From contig OX597831.1 in assembly GCA_951406725.2 (NCBI GenBank), forward strand, positions 42,780,001 through 42,844,000: a DNA stretch of 64,000 bases. Direction: 5' to 3'. The translations under genes and the position numbers were made by a program. The stretch comes from Octopus vulgaris (taxonomy: Eukaryota). Positions 1 through 14,993 of this stretch are shown one piece after another; the stretch's first letter is position 1, and each line of letters opens with the position of its first letter. The notes beneath the pieces were generated by a model. That model ran no database searches. It worked only from the letters and a program-made list of their open reading frames with translations, and was not told the origin of the DNA.

Positions 1-112
1 CAGACAGATATACATACATACACGTTGTGTGTATGTATGTACACGCATATGCATATACATACATATATGGGTGGGAGGGTGGTTGCACGTGTATGCGTGA
101 GTGTATCTTATG

Positions 113-500
113 GTGGCAAGTTGGCAGAGTGGTTAGAAGCTTGCTTCCCAACCACTTGGTTCTGGGTTCAGTTCCACTGCGTGGCACCTTGGGCAAGTAT
201 CTTGTACTATACCATCGGGCCGACCAAAACCTTGTGAGTGGATTTGGTAGACGGAAACTGAAAGAAGCCCGTCGTAAATATGTATATGTATTTGTTTGTG
301 TCTGAATTTGTCCCCCCACCACCATCGCTTCACAACCGATATTGTTGTGTTTGCGCTCCCGTAATCTAGCGGTTCGGGAAAAGAGACCGATATAATAAGT
401 ACTAGGCTTACAAAGAATAAATCCTGGGGTCGATTTGTTCGACTAAATGTAGTGTTCCAGCATGGACGCAATGAAATGGCTGAATCAAGTAAAAGAATAA
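113..500 (+). mobile_element. tRNA-derived SINE family A (CORE-like, bipartite with internal microsatellite)
   Basis: Pol III A/B-box-like head (GAGTGGTTAG...GGGTTCAGTTCC), GGCACCTTGGGCAAGT core-like motif, 3' half ending CAGCATGG..TGAATCAAGTAAAAGA; the same sequence recurs many times in the window. Confidence 0.85.
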
Positions 501-549
501 TAGAATATATATATGTGTATATAATATATATACATATATATACTCTTTA

Positions 550-773
550 CTCTTTTACTCTTTTACCTGTTTCAGTCATTTGACTGTGGCCATACTGGAG
601 CACCGCCTTTAGTCGAGCAAATCGACTCCGGGACTTATTCTTTGTAAGCCCAGTACTTATTCTATCGGTTTCTTTTGCTGAACCGCTAAGTGACGGGAAC
701 TTAAACACACCAGCATCGGTTGTCAAGCAATGCTAGGTGGACAAACACAGACACACAAACACATACAAACACA

Positions 774-819
<46 letters not shown>

Positions 820-990
820 CACACATATACGACAGGCTTTTTCAGTTTCAGTCTACCAAATCCACTCACAAGGCATTGGTCGGCCCGGGGCTATGGCAGA
901 AGACACTTGCCCAAGATGCCACGCAGTGGGACTGAACCCGGAACCATGTGGTTGGTTAGCAAGTTACTTACTACACAGCCACTCCTGCGT
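550..990 (-). mobile_element. SINE family A copy
   Basis: Reverse complement of 113-500 / 16127-16610 with internal (TACA)n(TA)n. Confidence 0.9.
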
Positions 991-1062
991 CTATATATAT
1001 ATATATATATGTAAATATATGTATGTATGTATGTATGTATTTATGTATGTATGTATTGATTT

Positions 1063-1261
1063 ACTCTTTTATTTGCTTATTTGTTTCAGTCATTTGACTG
1101 CGGCCATCCTAGAGCACCACTTTTGGTCGAGCAAATTGAGCCCAGGACTTATTCTAACGTTCTCTTTTGCCGAACCGCTAGTTTATGGGGACGAGACGCA
1201 CCAACATCGGTTGTCAAACACAGACACACAAACATATACACATACATACATACATACACAT

Positions 1262-1311
<50 letters not shown>

Positions 1312-1480
1312 GCATATACGAAGGGCTTCTTTCAGTTTTTATCTACCAAATCCACTCATAAGGCATTGGTTGGCCCGAGGCAATAATAGAAGACACTTGC
1401 CTAAGGTGCCACGCAGTAGGACTGAACCCGGAACCATGAGATTGGTAAGCAAACATCTTACCACACAGCCACTCCAGCGC
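1063..1480 (-). mobile_element. SINE family A copy
   Basis: Full-length match to family A. Confidence 0.85.
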
Positions 1481-1657
1481 GTACATATATACATATCATT
1501 TGCCCGTTTACGCAAGGCTTCTCTCTGCCTAGGACCGTTTCAGCTGAAGCTGCTGACAAAACTGGCTGAACGCAAAGTGTGGAACAGCCAAGAGATATCA
1601 CAAGGCATTTTCTGTTAAATGTTCTAATAGTTCTGTCGATGCTCTACCCAGGATTGC

Positions 1658-1890
1658 AGCGAGCTGGCAGAAACGTTAGCGCGCCGGGCGAAATGCTTAG
1701 CGGTATTTCGTCTGCGTTACGTTGTGAGTTCAAATTCCGCCGAGGTCGACTTTGCCTTTCATCCGTTCGGGGTCGATAAATTAAGTACCAGTCACGCACT
1801 GGGGTCGATGTAATCGACTTAATACCTATGTCTGTCCTTGTTTGTCCCCTCTGTGTTTAGCTCCTTGTGGGTAATAAAGAAATAGGTATA
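1658..1890 (+). mobile_element. tRNA-derived SINE family B (Meta/MESC-like central domain, tail type 1)
   Basis: GCGAGCTGGCAGAAACGTTAGC head, B-box GAGTTCAAATTCC, GCCTTTCATCC..GGGGTCGATAAATTAAGTACC central domain, tail ending AATAAAGAAATAG. Confidence 0.85.
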
Positions 1891-2054
1891 GTTTTATCGA
1901 TCCCGAAAGGATGCATAAGGAGGTTGACCTCTACACGATTCGAACTCAGAACATAGAGAATCGAAACAAATAGTTCGAAACATTCCATCCAACAGTCTAA
2001 ACGACTCGTCAACTGTATTTCCAAGTCACACACAAACACATATTACACATCTTT

Positions 2055-2086
<32 letters not shown>

Positions 2087-2146
2087 ACACACACACGCAC
2101 ACACACACACACATATATATATATCACATATCTATCACATATATAA

Positions 2147-2377
2147 GGCGGCGAGCTGGCAGAACCGTTAGCACGCCGGACGAAATGCGTAGCCGTATTC
2201 CGTCTGTCGTTACGTTCCGAGTTCAAATTCTGCCGAGGTCGACTTTGCCTTTCATCCTTTCGGGGTCGATAAATTAAGTACCAGTTATGCACTGGGGATC
2301 AATGTAATCGACTTAATCTCTTTGTCTGTCCTTGTTTGTCCCCTCTGTGTTTAGCCCCTTGTGGGTAGTAAAGAAAT
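2147..2377 (+). mobile_element. SINE family B copy
   Basis: Near-identical to 1658-1890. Confidence 0.9.
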
Positions 2378-2385
2378 ATATATAT

Positions 2386-2542
2386 CAGGGGCGAACCGAG
2401 GAGCGTGGTGCTGAGGGGCACGTGCCCGCTCAAGAAAAGAAGTACGCTCTTCTAAATAATGTTATTGCGCTCTTTTCTCCTGGAATTGTATTTGCTTCTG
2501 ACCTTGTGCCCTCCGTTCGAAGAATTCCTGGGACCGGCCCTG
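2386..2542. mobile_element. Short hAT-like MITE
   Basis: Imperfect termini CAGGGGCG.../...CCGGCCCTG inside a (TA)n tract; TSD ambiguous. Confidence 0.5.
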
Positions 2543-2568
2543 TATATATATATGTATATGTATGTATG

Positions 2569-2632
<64 letters not shown>

Positions 2633-2635
<3 letters not shown>

Positions 2636-2877
2636 GGTGTGACAGAAACGATGCCCCGATTTCAAAGGTTAATAAAAATTAGACACATGAAGATTCATAA
2701 AAAAACTTTGTACTTCTATGAAGTTCAATAAATGCCATTTTTTGTTTTCTGTTTCAGGTGGCACCCACCATGGGCTGGACTGTTGAGCATTTGCTTTTGA
2801 AGTTTGTTTTTTTCCTGCATCTTCATGTGTTTGCTTTTTAACCTTTGAAATCGGGACAACCTTTCTGTTGCACTCTG
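2633..2877. mobile_element. Tc1/mariner-type MITE
   Basis: Long imperfect TIRs CAGGGTGTGACAGAAACGATGCCCCGATTTCAAAGGTTAA vs (revcomp) CAGAGTGCAACAGAAAGGTTGTCCCGATTTCAAAGGTTAA; TA on both sides. Confidence 0.8.
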
Positions 2878-2924
<47 letters not shown>

Positions 2925-2929
<5 letters not shown>

Positions 2930-3116
2930 ATTCGTTTCAGTCATTTGAGAGCGGCCATGCTGGAGCACTGCCTTCAGTCGAACAAATCGACCCCCAGTAC
3001 TTATTCTTTGTAAACCTAGTACTTATTATTCTATCGGCCTCTTTTGTCGAACCGCTAATTTACGGGGACGTAAACCCACCAGCATCGGTTGTCAAGCGAT
3101 GGTTGGGGGACAAACA

Positions 3117-3161
<45 letters not shown>

Positions 3162-3310
3162 GACGGACTTCTTTCAGTTTCCATCTATCAAATCTACTCA
3201 CAAGGCTTCGGTCGGCCTGAGGCTATAGTAGAAGACACTTGCCCAAGCTGTCACACAGTGGGACTGAACTCGGAACCATATGATTGGTAAGCAAGCTACT
3301 TACCACACAG

Positions 3311-3313
<3 letters not shown>
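2925..3313 (-). mobile_element. SINE family A copy
   Basis: Match to family A with internal (CA)n. Confidence 0.85.
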
Positions 3314-3351
<38 letters not shown>

Positions 3352-3401
3352 GCCATGATAGATCGCTAGCCACTGCATATTCTTTATTTTCTCACCTTTT
3401 T

Positions 3402-3439
3402 TCTTTCTGTGGAAGAGCATAGGCTCGAAACGTTAAAGA
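3402..3439 (+). ncRNA. Hammerhead-like motif with atypical CUGUNGA core (repeat family, also ~10046-10087 and ~24926-24964)
   Basis: TCTTT-CTGTGGA-A-GAGC(ATAG)GCTC-GAAA-CG-TT-AAAGA: stem I, stem II, GAAA, palindromic ACGT stem III. Confidence 0.5.
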
Positions 3440-4113
3440 CTTTTTCACTTCCCGAGCGTTATACTATTACATCTGTTTGTTGTCTACACCACCTGTCTTC
3501 GTCTTTTGCTTCTTTGTGAATTCTCCCCATATATATATATATAATACATATATATATTATATATATAATACATATATATATTATATATATATATAATATA
3601 TATAAGAAATGTTTAATTTCTACCGTAATTTTTCATACAAATGAATTGAAACACTTCAGATATTTTACTCTCTTTTTTTCTGTCTGTTTCTCTCTATCAC
3701 ACACACACGACTGTAAATTGAAAGAGGCATAAACTATGCATTTAATACACATATATATAATTATATTCCTTTCTATAACAGGCTCAAGGGGACAAAATCT
3801 GGGAGGAGGTGCTTGCAGGTGATGAGATCGACCTCGGTGTACAACTGTTAGTTATTTTATCGACTCCGAAAGGATAAAAGGCGAAGTCTATGTCGGCGGA
3901 ATTTGAACTCAGAAGGAAAAGACGGACGAAATGTCGCTAAGCATTTTGTCCGGAGTGCTAACGGTTTTGCTAACTCGCCACCTTCATATATACAGTTGTA
4001 TTAACTTCTGTTTTATTGTATAAATTGAACAGCAGCAGAGATGGACAAGTTATTTCACAAAAAAGCAGCCACACACACACATATGATTCACACATGCACA
4101 CTATATATATATG

Positions 4114-4176
<63 letters not shown>

Positions 4177-4183
4177 GTATATA

Positions 4184-4269
<86 letters not shown>

Positions 4270-4614
4270 TATATGGCTTTGATGTACACCTACGATTTCG
4301 TGACTGATACCATTTAACTCTTGTTTATCACACAGGATAGCATACAATATCGTGGCAAATTATGTAGCATAAATTCTCGTACTTGCATGTATGTATGTAT
4401 GTATGTTGGGATGGACGGATGGATGGATGGATAGATGAGTGGAGGGGGTTGAGGGAAGGATGGACAGATGCATGGCTAAATGTAATAAAAGCAATTATGT
4501 GCGTATATGCGTATATATCTATGTATGTGAGTATGTATATACGTGCATATGTGTGCACATATGCATTTAGAGAGCCAGGCAGACAGATGACTAGGTATAT
4601 AGATAGACAGTCAT

Positions 4615-4970
<356 letters not shown>

Positions 4971-5650
4971 ATACTACACATATATACGTATATACACATA
5001 TAATGTGCACATCTGAATCATATGTGTGTGCACGAGTGCTGTTGAGTGTGCGTGTGTGTGTGCGTGTGTATTTATGTCTATAATAGACTCTTTATTCATT
5101 TATTCATCTATAAATTGACTGCCATATGTAAGGTGGAGAGTACAATTGCAGAACACGGTGGCTTCAGTGAAAACAGATGAATGAAGCAGCTATATAAGTG
5201 AGTAACGAATAATAAACAAATTGGACGAATGGAATAGCGTTATTATAACAGAGTAACAAACAGAACGACAGAATTGTAGAATAAACTACGTCTGAATAAC
5301 TAAATAACATAATACTTGAATGAATGAATGAATGAATAAATAAACGAATGTGTGAATGAATGATTGAATCAATGAAGTTTTGAATGAATTGAAGGAATGA
5401 GTGAATAGCAAATTTCTTTAAAACCGGAATGAAAGAATATTTTAATGATCACTTGAGGACATTTTTCCTCGCTTTACATATTGTAAATTGGTATATTCTA
5501 GACATAATTTGTCACGGTCATGGCTTGGAGAAACATGTTTAGAATATAGCAAATAATTTATCTTTTATATTTAACTTGCTTCAGTCATTGGACTACGGCC
5601 ATGCTATAGCATCACCTTGAAGGAGTTTAATGGAACATATCGCCCCCAAG

Positions 5651-5718
<68 letters not shown>

Positions 5719-6053
5719 CTAGTACTAATTCTAGAGGTCACTTTTGTCGAAGCGCTATCACATGATGGCGTAAACAAACCAGCACCGGTCGTCAAGCAGT
5801 GGGCAGGTAGACGACAAACATGCCGCTAGGCAATCGGTGTTGGTTTGTTTACGTCCTCGTAACTTAGCGGATCAATAAAAGAAAGCTTCTTTTAATGTTT
5901 TACATGTATCTATATAGTTAATTATGTACATTGACACACATACACAAACATATTCCAATATCAGTGTGTCAAAGAAAAGAGTGTACTCAGTACATGGTGT
6001 AGAGCGCAGTGTTGATTTCAAGGTAACTTAGATTAAGTAAACTGTCTATATAT

Positions 6054-6125
<72 letters not shown>

Positions 6126-6277
6126 ATATAATCAAAATGAGGGTGAAAATTGGATATTAATTTGATATCAATTTTAACACCAGTGGTCTAGCATATAAAA
6201 AAAAATGAGATTCAGTAAATAGTATTTCATACATAAATATAAGGGGGAATTTATATATATATATATATATGTGTGTG

Positions 6278-6324
<47 letters not shown>

Positions 6325-6339
6325 ATTTATATATATATG

Positions 6340-6398
<59 letters not shown>

Positions 6399-6673
6399 AA
6401 ATGTGTGTGTGTGTGTGTGTACGTATGCGCATGTGTGCGTTTGTCTGTGTTTACTGCTAGAATGTTACTTGTATCATAGACCTACATACATACTAACATG
6501 CTTACATACATACATACAACTGCATGCACGCGTGCGAGCGCGCGCACACACACACACACACACGCATACAATATCTTTTTATACGTATATATACAGTATG
6601 TCTTATATATATATATATATATATATACATATATATGTATGTATATATATATATATATATGTATGTATATATG

Positions 6674-6719
<46 letters not shown>

Positions 6720-6789
6720 TATATACATACAATATGTCTATATATATATATATATACATACAATATGTCTATATATATATACATGTATA

Positions 6790-6835
<46 letters not shown>

Positions 6836-7189
6836 TGTGTATGTGTATGTATATATGTATGTATGTATTATGTATGTAAGTGAGTATGTACTTGAGTGTT
6901 GTGTTTATGTCGAAACAAGTAATATATGTTCCAAAACATATACGCACTGACATATGAACGCACGCGCATAATTGTATGCATAGCTATGTATAGTCGATTG
7001 GTGTTATACCTACCGTACGCAGGTATGTATGGGCTGTTATATTCCCCTCTGCGTGTGCGTGCATCTGCACGCGTGCGCGTGCGTTCGCATGTGTGTGTGT
7101 GTGTGTAGAGGTATTGAGTTCCTAATGACATGTGTTATCAAGAAAGCACACACATACACACACACACGCGCGTGTCACTCTCTCTCCCT

Positions 7190-7221
<32 letters not shown>

Positions 7222-7305
7222 CTATATCTATATATATATATATATTATATATATATATATATATATCTGTGTTTAGAACAACATGCGTGTATGTGTGTGT
7301 ATTTA

Positions 7306-7354
<49 letters not shown>

Positions 7355-7468
7355 GTATGCATGTATGTATATATATATCTGCATATGTATGCATTCACAT
7401 TCGTAATCCCATACATTCTACATATATGTATATATATGTGTGTGTGTGTACACATATATGCATATATT

Positions 7469-7519
<51 letters not shown>

Positions 7520-8606
7520 CTAGACACAAATGAATTAAATGCATTCATATATACGTACATAAGTACATACATACATACATACATACATACATACACACAT
7601 ACATACATACATACATACATACATACATACATACATACATACATACATACATACATACATACATACATACATACACACACACATACATACATATCAACAT
7701 ACGAACAGACACATATCAGCTGAAAGACAGTGAGGGAAGAAGCAAGTTAGAAAATACGAAAGAAAGAATGAAAAATATAAGAAAGAATGAAATTAACAGA
7801 ACAGAAAGAAGGGAGGGAAGAAAAAAAAACGAAAGGAAATAAGCTCGATGGAAATATACCTAACATATATCGTGTATTAAGATGGAGGACACAACGCTCA
7901 CGTTTAGTATAAAGATATATCATTGATTGTAGGGAAAGCCATGACGTAGAAACGAACGAAGATGATGAAAGAGAGAGAAATGGGGGAAGGGGATGGTGAT
8001 TGTGAGAGGAAAGTGAAAGTAGAGATAAATACAGCGGGGGGAAAAAGAATACCTTTGATTAAAGACTATGTCCTAATCATTTCTGGTACAATGGGCATAA
8101 TAATGTTGGTCAGGTTCTGTGGGGCGGAAAAGAGAAGACAAGGATGGGTTATGTAAGAAGGAAGGCTACGAAAAATATATATATATATAAGAATTGTAAG
8201 ATTCTCCAGTCAATATTCTCCTCTTCGATTTCCATTTATGGCAGCGTCGTGTAGGAGGAGAGGCTTGGTCTGTTTGCCTGTATTGTATGTATGTCCATAT
8301 GTGAATGTGTGTGCATCTGTGTGTGTGTGTGTGTGTGTATGTATATGTGTATATATACATACGTACACATAGATATGTTCGTATGTATGTATATAAATAT
8401 ATAAATATAAAAATTATATGTATGCCCATATGTGCATGTATATTTGTGTGTGTATATATATATATATATGTGTGTGTGTGTACACAAACGTATGTATATA
8501 TATATATATATATAAGTGTGTGTGTATATGTATCTATATGTATCTGAATGTGTGTGTATATATATATATCTATATTTCTATGTATACACACACACACACG
8601 CACGCA

Positions 8607-8686
<80 letters not shown>

Positions 8687-9291
8687 TATATATTCATACA
8701 TGTATGTATGGATGGATGTATATCCATATATGTTTGTATATATGTATATGTATGTATATATGTATGTATATATATGCATGTATATATACACATGAGTGTT
8801 TATATGTATGTATGTGTGTATGTGTTTGTATGAATATAATGTGAATGTATAAATATATGTACGTATATAAATGCATGTATATATGTGTGTGTGTGTGTGT
8901 GTGTATGTTTATATACATTCTATTCAAACGTGCGAATTATAGACTACCTATTCTTTGTCTTTTTCTTCCTTCCTTCCTTCCTTTCTTCCTGTCTGTCAGA
9001 CATCTGTTTCCGATTCATCATTGTACGTACTCGCACAAAAACATCAACACGCGCGCGCGAACACACACACGCACACACACACACACACACACACAAACTG
9101 TAGGGTGGGCATCCTTATTCAGTCTCAATTAGCGTTTTACGTCGGTCCATCTACGCCTACCATGTTTACCCCCCCCCCCCCAGGCAAGCCCTTAGCTAAA
9201 CCCATTTTTGTCCCTGAACTTTTATTTGGGTTGGTACCTTCGTATCAATGTTCTTTCCCAGGTTGAGATCAATCAATTCCGAAAGAGATGA

Positions 9292-9338
<47 letters not shown>

Positions 9339-9616
9339 CACACACATAAATACACGTACATACCTATTTATCTATCTATCTGTCTATATATAGATAGAGA
9401 GAGAGAGAGACAAACAGAGAGAGAAAGAAAGTTATAGACTGAGAAGCAAGAGAATGTACCTCTTTCCATTCAAAACTTGACCGGCATCTTATTTTCTCGA
9501 CCTCGGAATGATGAAAATCAAAGTTGACTGCAATAATATTTGAACTAAGAATGCAAAGAACCGGAACAAATGCCTAGAGGCATTTGCCCGACGCCCTGAT
9601 GTGACGGTCATTCGAT

Positions 9617-9757
<141 letters not shown>

Positions 9758-9811
9758 AATCTGTGTGCGTGTGTATGTGTGAATGTGTGTATTTGTACAT
9801 GTGTGTATGTG

Positions 9812-9845
<34 letters not shown>

Positions 9846-10139
9846 TACACACATATACACGTATATATACGCACGCACGCACACAGACACATGCACACGC
9901 ATAAACACACACGCACACAAATTCACACACACAGACTCACGCACACACAGACACACACTACGCACGCGCGCGCACACACACATGATTTTCGCAAACATAG
10001 ACAACAAATCATTAACCCTCTGTTTCTCTATGTTTATTTTCTCGTGTTCCTTTCTATCGAAGAGCACAGGCTCGAAACGTAAAGGACTTTCTCACCCTCC
10101 CGTGCGTTAAACTAATACACCTGTTTGTTGTTTACACAC

Positions 10140-10203
<64 letters not shown>

Positions 10204-10823
10204 CAAACAATGTTTGTTTTCCTATTTAACAATTATATACCCGCTGCAACGGAAATCTGCAAAGGGTCCATAACTACCGTCTCGGCTGTAACCTTCGAGC
10301 CTTAGTAATCTGTTACAGCACTTACCTAACGTACCTAATCGTTTAGATTACCGGTGAACTAAACCCCCATACTTTGTGTGTTTATACATGTGTGTGTGTG
10401 TGTGTGTATGTGTGTGTGTGTGTGTGTGTGTACATACATACTTATATACATATATATGGGAGTGAAAGAGAGAGAGAAGGGGAAGGAGAGAGTAAGGAAG
10501 AGGGAAATGGGGAAAAGAGGTCGTAGTGCACCTTTCGCAGCTGAATTTTATAGGTGAATATGCAGCCGACGAAATCTGGCACATATATACTGCGTGCACA
10601 TCAATTGGTGCACGGCGTGAAACACATGTACACACACGTCTGCTGGTGCTTGTAAAGAAAGGGTCTATTTTTGTAGATTAGGTGTGTATCTACTTTCTCT
10701 TTCTTTCCCTGTAAATCCCTTTGCTCCCTCTTCCTCCCTCTCTTTTTCTCTCTCTTTCATATTTATGAATGTGAGTGTGTGTTTGTGCGCGCGCTAGTAG
10801 GTGTTAAGGCGCGTGCGTGTGTA

Positions 10824-11134
10824 AGGTGTGTGGTTTAATGTTTAGAGTATTCGGCTCACGATCGCAAGGTGTGGGTTCCAATCCCGGCATCGCGTGGTGT
10901 CCTTGAGCAAGACACAAGACACCTCATTTTACGTACCCCCCTCCCAGTGCACTCAGCTCTATTTCAAGGGGTCAGCTGTGTTAAACTCTGTGTCGCTCTA
11001 AATCTCCCTGAGAACTACGTTCAGGGTACGCGTGTCTGTGGAGTGCACTTCCGCTCGCACGTTAATTTCACGAGCGTGCTGTTCCGTTGATCGGATCAAC
11101 TGGAGCACTCGTCGTCGTAACCGACGGAGTGCCA
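10824..11134 (+). mobile_element. tRNA-derived CORE-type SINE family D
   Basis: GGGTTCCAATCCC B-box, GTGTCCTTGAGCAAGACAC core motif, tail ...GATCGGATCAACTGG...CGTAACCGACGGAGTGCC; related copies at 22612-22925(-), 30050-30380(-) and degenerate ~24240-24575. Confidence 0.8.
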
Positions 11135-11257
11135 CGATATTTTAGTGTAACATCAGTTTGTTGTTATAGAACATACCCAATGTCAGTTGTGTTGTTACTT
11201 TATATTATTAATAATAATATATTATTGATAATATTATTACTTTATATTATTATTATT

Positions 11258-11921
<664 letters not shown>

Positions 11922-11939
11922 TATTTTTTTTTTTTTTTA

Positions 11940-12358
11940 TCACTGGTTTTGTTGGAACTCGTGGAGTCTTGCATGCATAGCGGGCTTGCTGCTTACACCT
12001 TACGGTATTATACTAGCTGTTCTTTTCAACTATCTATTACTCTCCTGATTGTTCTGGCCGTGCCAAGGAGGCAAACATTTTGTAACAATTCTATTTGGCA
12101 CTCTATACCGTTTTCCTTTATATTGCACCTGATCCGTTCTGATATTGTCCCCAAGGATTCAACAATACTTGGCACTATCTTCTCATTCTTCATTATCCAT
12201 AGCCGGGCTTTTTTTTGTACTGAAGAGGGTTGTATCTATCTATTTTTTTTCTTCCTTTTTGACTATTCGAGAGTCAAAGGGGTACGCAACATTAACTCTA
12301 TAACACACGTGGTGCATCTTGTCCATCACCACCAGGTCCGGTCTGTTATGCTCTACAT
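11940..12358 (-). mobile_element. R4/Dong-clade retrotransposon 3' fragment (restriction-like endonuclease)
   Basis: Minus strand reads VEHNRPDLVVMDK..VAYPFD..KIDRY..IVPSIVESLGTIS..LLQNVCLLGTARTIRRVID*, then a 3'UTR and A/(AAT)n tail. Confidence 0.85.
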
Positions 12359-12363
12359 AGATG

Positions 12364-12445
<82 letters not shown>

Positions 12446-12949
12446 TAGATGCATGTCATAGAACATGTTAACATGTTTAGGTTGTATGTGATAAATAGTA
12501 TTAAATTATATTAAATTCAACGTATTATTTTTTAAAATATAAAACTAATAATATATTTAATATATTTTATATATAAATGATATATAACTGAAAACTTGTA
12601 AAAATTTTATAAGGTTTTATTGCAAAATTTCAAAATATATGAAGATATTGAATATGACGTATTTAATTTTACTTGTGTTGACTTTTACGTTGCTCATCAT
12701 ATAAATTATAGCATTCTGCTCAATATGCATTTAAATATGGAATAATATGAAACTATAATTGAAACTATAAATTGAAGATTTATAGAAACATACTGTAGGC
12801 TGTTTAATATGATGATCACGCTTTTTAAGTAACCACTGTAAAATATTGACTTTTATCAGGAAAACAGAAAATCAAATTTTTCATTCTTGTTCCTCTACAA
12901 TGAAATGAATTGTGAAGAATAGGAAAGCCAACATACTTTAATAAAATCA

Positions 12950-14815
12950 GATAATATTCTTCTGTTGACTATGTGCTTGAAAATGTGCATCGTTTCTTCA
13001 TTAACAACGAGGATATTAGGATAATAGTCCCATTCATTGCTGTGCAGCATAAGATGGGAGAGTCTCTCTTCTCATTACTTATTTCTTTATTGCCCACAAG
13101 GGGTTAAGCATAGAGGGGACAAACAGGGACAGACAAACGGATTAAGGCGATTACATCGACCCCAGTGCGTAACTGGTACTTAATTTATCGACCCCGAAAA
13201 GATGAAAAGGCAAAGTCGACCTCGGCGGAATTTGAACTCAGAACGTAGTGGTAAACGAAATACCTATTTCTTTACTACCCACAAGGGGCTAAACACAGAG
13301 AGGACAAACAAGGACAGACAAACGGATTAAGTCGATTATATCGACCCCAGTACGTAACTGGTACTTAATTTATCGACCCCGAAAAGATGAAAAGCAAAGT
13401 CGACCTCGGCGGAATTTGAACTCAGAACGTAGTGGTAAACGAAATACTGCTAAGCATTTCGCTCGATATGCTAACGTTTCTGCCAGCTCGTCGCCTTCTC
13501 ATTACTGCTCCTGCTGTTTAAACTTAATTAGCTCGAGTTTGGAAAAGAAGAACTTCTCAGTTTCTGGTGTTATTGGTGTTAGGAGCTCATATATGATTCA
13601 TACAACGGAGGGCAGATCAGGGAGTCCTCTTCTCAACTCTGGTTCTGCAGTTTGTATTTAACTAACTTGAGCTTCGTAAAAGAAGAGCACTACACATTTG
13701 CCGCTGTTATTGGTCCAATTGCAAATATTTTAAGCAACTCATACATAACTGATACAAATGAGGACGGATCTCAGATAATTTTTTAATAGTGATTGGAATA
13801 AATGAAAACCCTTAAATCTGTCAAAAGTTCGTCATAGATTTCTTTAAGTTTTGAAGTCATACAACTTTTAGAGAGAGTTTAGACCCTGAACTTTACTCCA
13901 CGTTGTCAAATTTCCATCTGATATAGAAGCTCGTCTCACGTCTTATCTACATCCATTCTTCTAAATCACCTAATTTCTTGATCATGTGTATTCAGAAATA
14001 CATAATATGCTTTCGCACAATAAAATTCCTCCAAATTCTCTGAAGGTTCACCTGTTATTGCAAGCAACAGAGTTATATTTGAACCTCGTTACCACGTCAT
14101 TTAATTAATTAATTAATTATTTTTTGTCTACGCTGACCAGGAATTTCCTCCGTAATCCCAACAGATGCATCTTACGCCATTTGAGTTACATTCTGTTATA
14201 TTAATTTGTATTGATGTTCAGCCCTCAGCTCATTAAGCCTCTTCAGTACTCTATCAGTGATTGTATATGCAGTTTGTAATTCAAGGTGTTGTAACTGAAA
14301 AATATTAGATGCAGTCGCTACCTCCATGACTATTAGTATTGCAATTCCAAGGCAAAGGGGAGACTCAAGGATGATATTATGTTTATGTAATAGTATTACT
14401 GTAGCTTCACTTACTGGATCTGGTGGATTACTTTCACTTACCTTGATCAGATATTGTACCAAAGTCTTTGGCATCCTCAGAGCAGCTTTTCTGTAGGCCC
14501 ATTTTGTATAAAAGATTTTTTTCAGTTCTTGAGAAAGGAGCCCAGTAGCTCGATGGAGAAGTAAGCATATTGCTTACTTGACATTGAAATGAAATTGTAT
14601 AACATTTTTATTATATCCAAGGAGGTAAAATAGTGAGTTGGTTTCGTGCCTTTTACAAACACAAGGATCAGTGTACATGGTACCAAAGATTTAACCTTTT
14701 TCCTCGTGAAAAGTCCTTGATTGAAGACCCATGTACACTCTACTTATATTAGCAGCTCTACCATAGTTCTAAGTCCTCATGCTTTCTCTTTAGAACCCAT
14801 TTCCTTCAAAGATAC
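12950..14815 (-). mobile_element. Decayed hAT transposase remnant
   Basis: Minus-strand motifs YGRAANISRVYMGLQ..HVH, KWAYRKAAL, EEFYCAKAYYVFL, dimerisation domain YELLKIFAIGPITAANV*CSSFTKLKLVK; many stops and frameshifts. Confidence 0.75.
13080..13495 (-). mobile_element. SINE family B dimer with TSD
   Basis: Two tandem B units; TSD TTCTCATTACT at 13069-13079 and 13496-13506. Confidence 0.9.
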
Positions 14816-14822
14816 GGCTAAA

Positions 14823-14993
14823 ATATAGCGTAGCTAAAGGTGGATGATAAGAGGCGGTCATCTATGGGGGATATTTAGAAGGGCAGCGCTTTATATATGT
14901 ATTGTGTTGCGTTTTTCCCGGTAGGGAGGAAACTCAAGGATCATCCCTAACCCTAACCTTAACCCTAACACTAACCCTCTAGTTACGCTACTG
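14823..14993. mobile_element. Small MITE containing telomere-like (CCCTAA)n
   Basis: TIRs TAGCGTAGCTAAAGG / (revcomp) TAGCGTAACTAGAGG; CCCTAACCCTAACCTTAACCCTAAC from ~14945. Confidence 0.55.

Noticed and set aside
1658-1745. tRNA genes at SINE heads
   Set aside because: A/B boxes are present but there is no proper cloverleaf, and the heads continue into SINE bodies.
4275-4345. Degenerate hammerhead-like remnants (also ~10270-10310 and ~51105-51165)
   Set aside because: Core nucleotides are missing; cannot be distinguished from chance hairpins.
14945-14978. Telomeric (CCCTAA)n as evidence of a chromosome fusion
   Set aside because: Only a few imperfect units, inside a TIR-bounded element; a similar short tract lies at ~56745.
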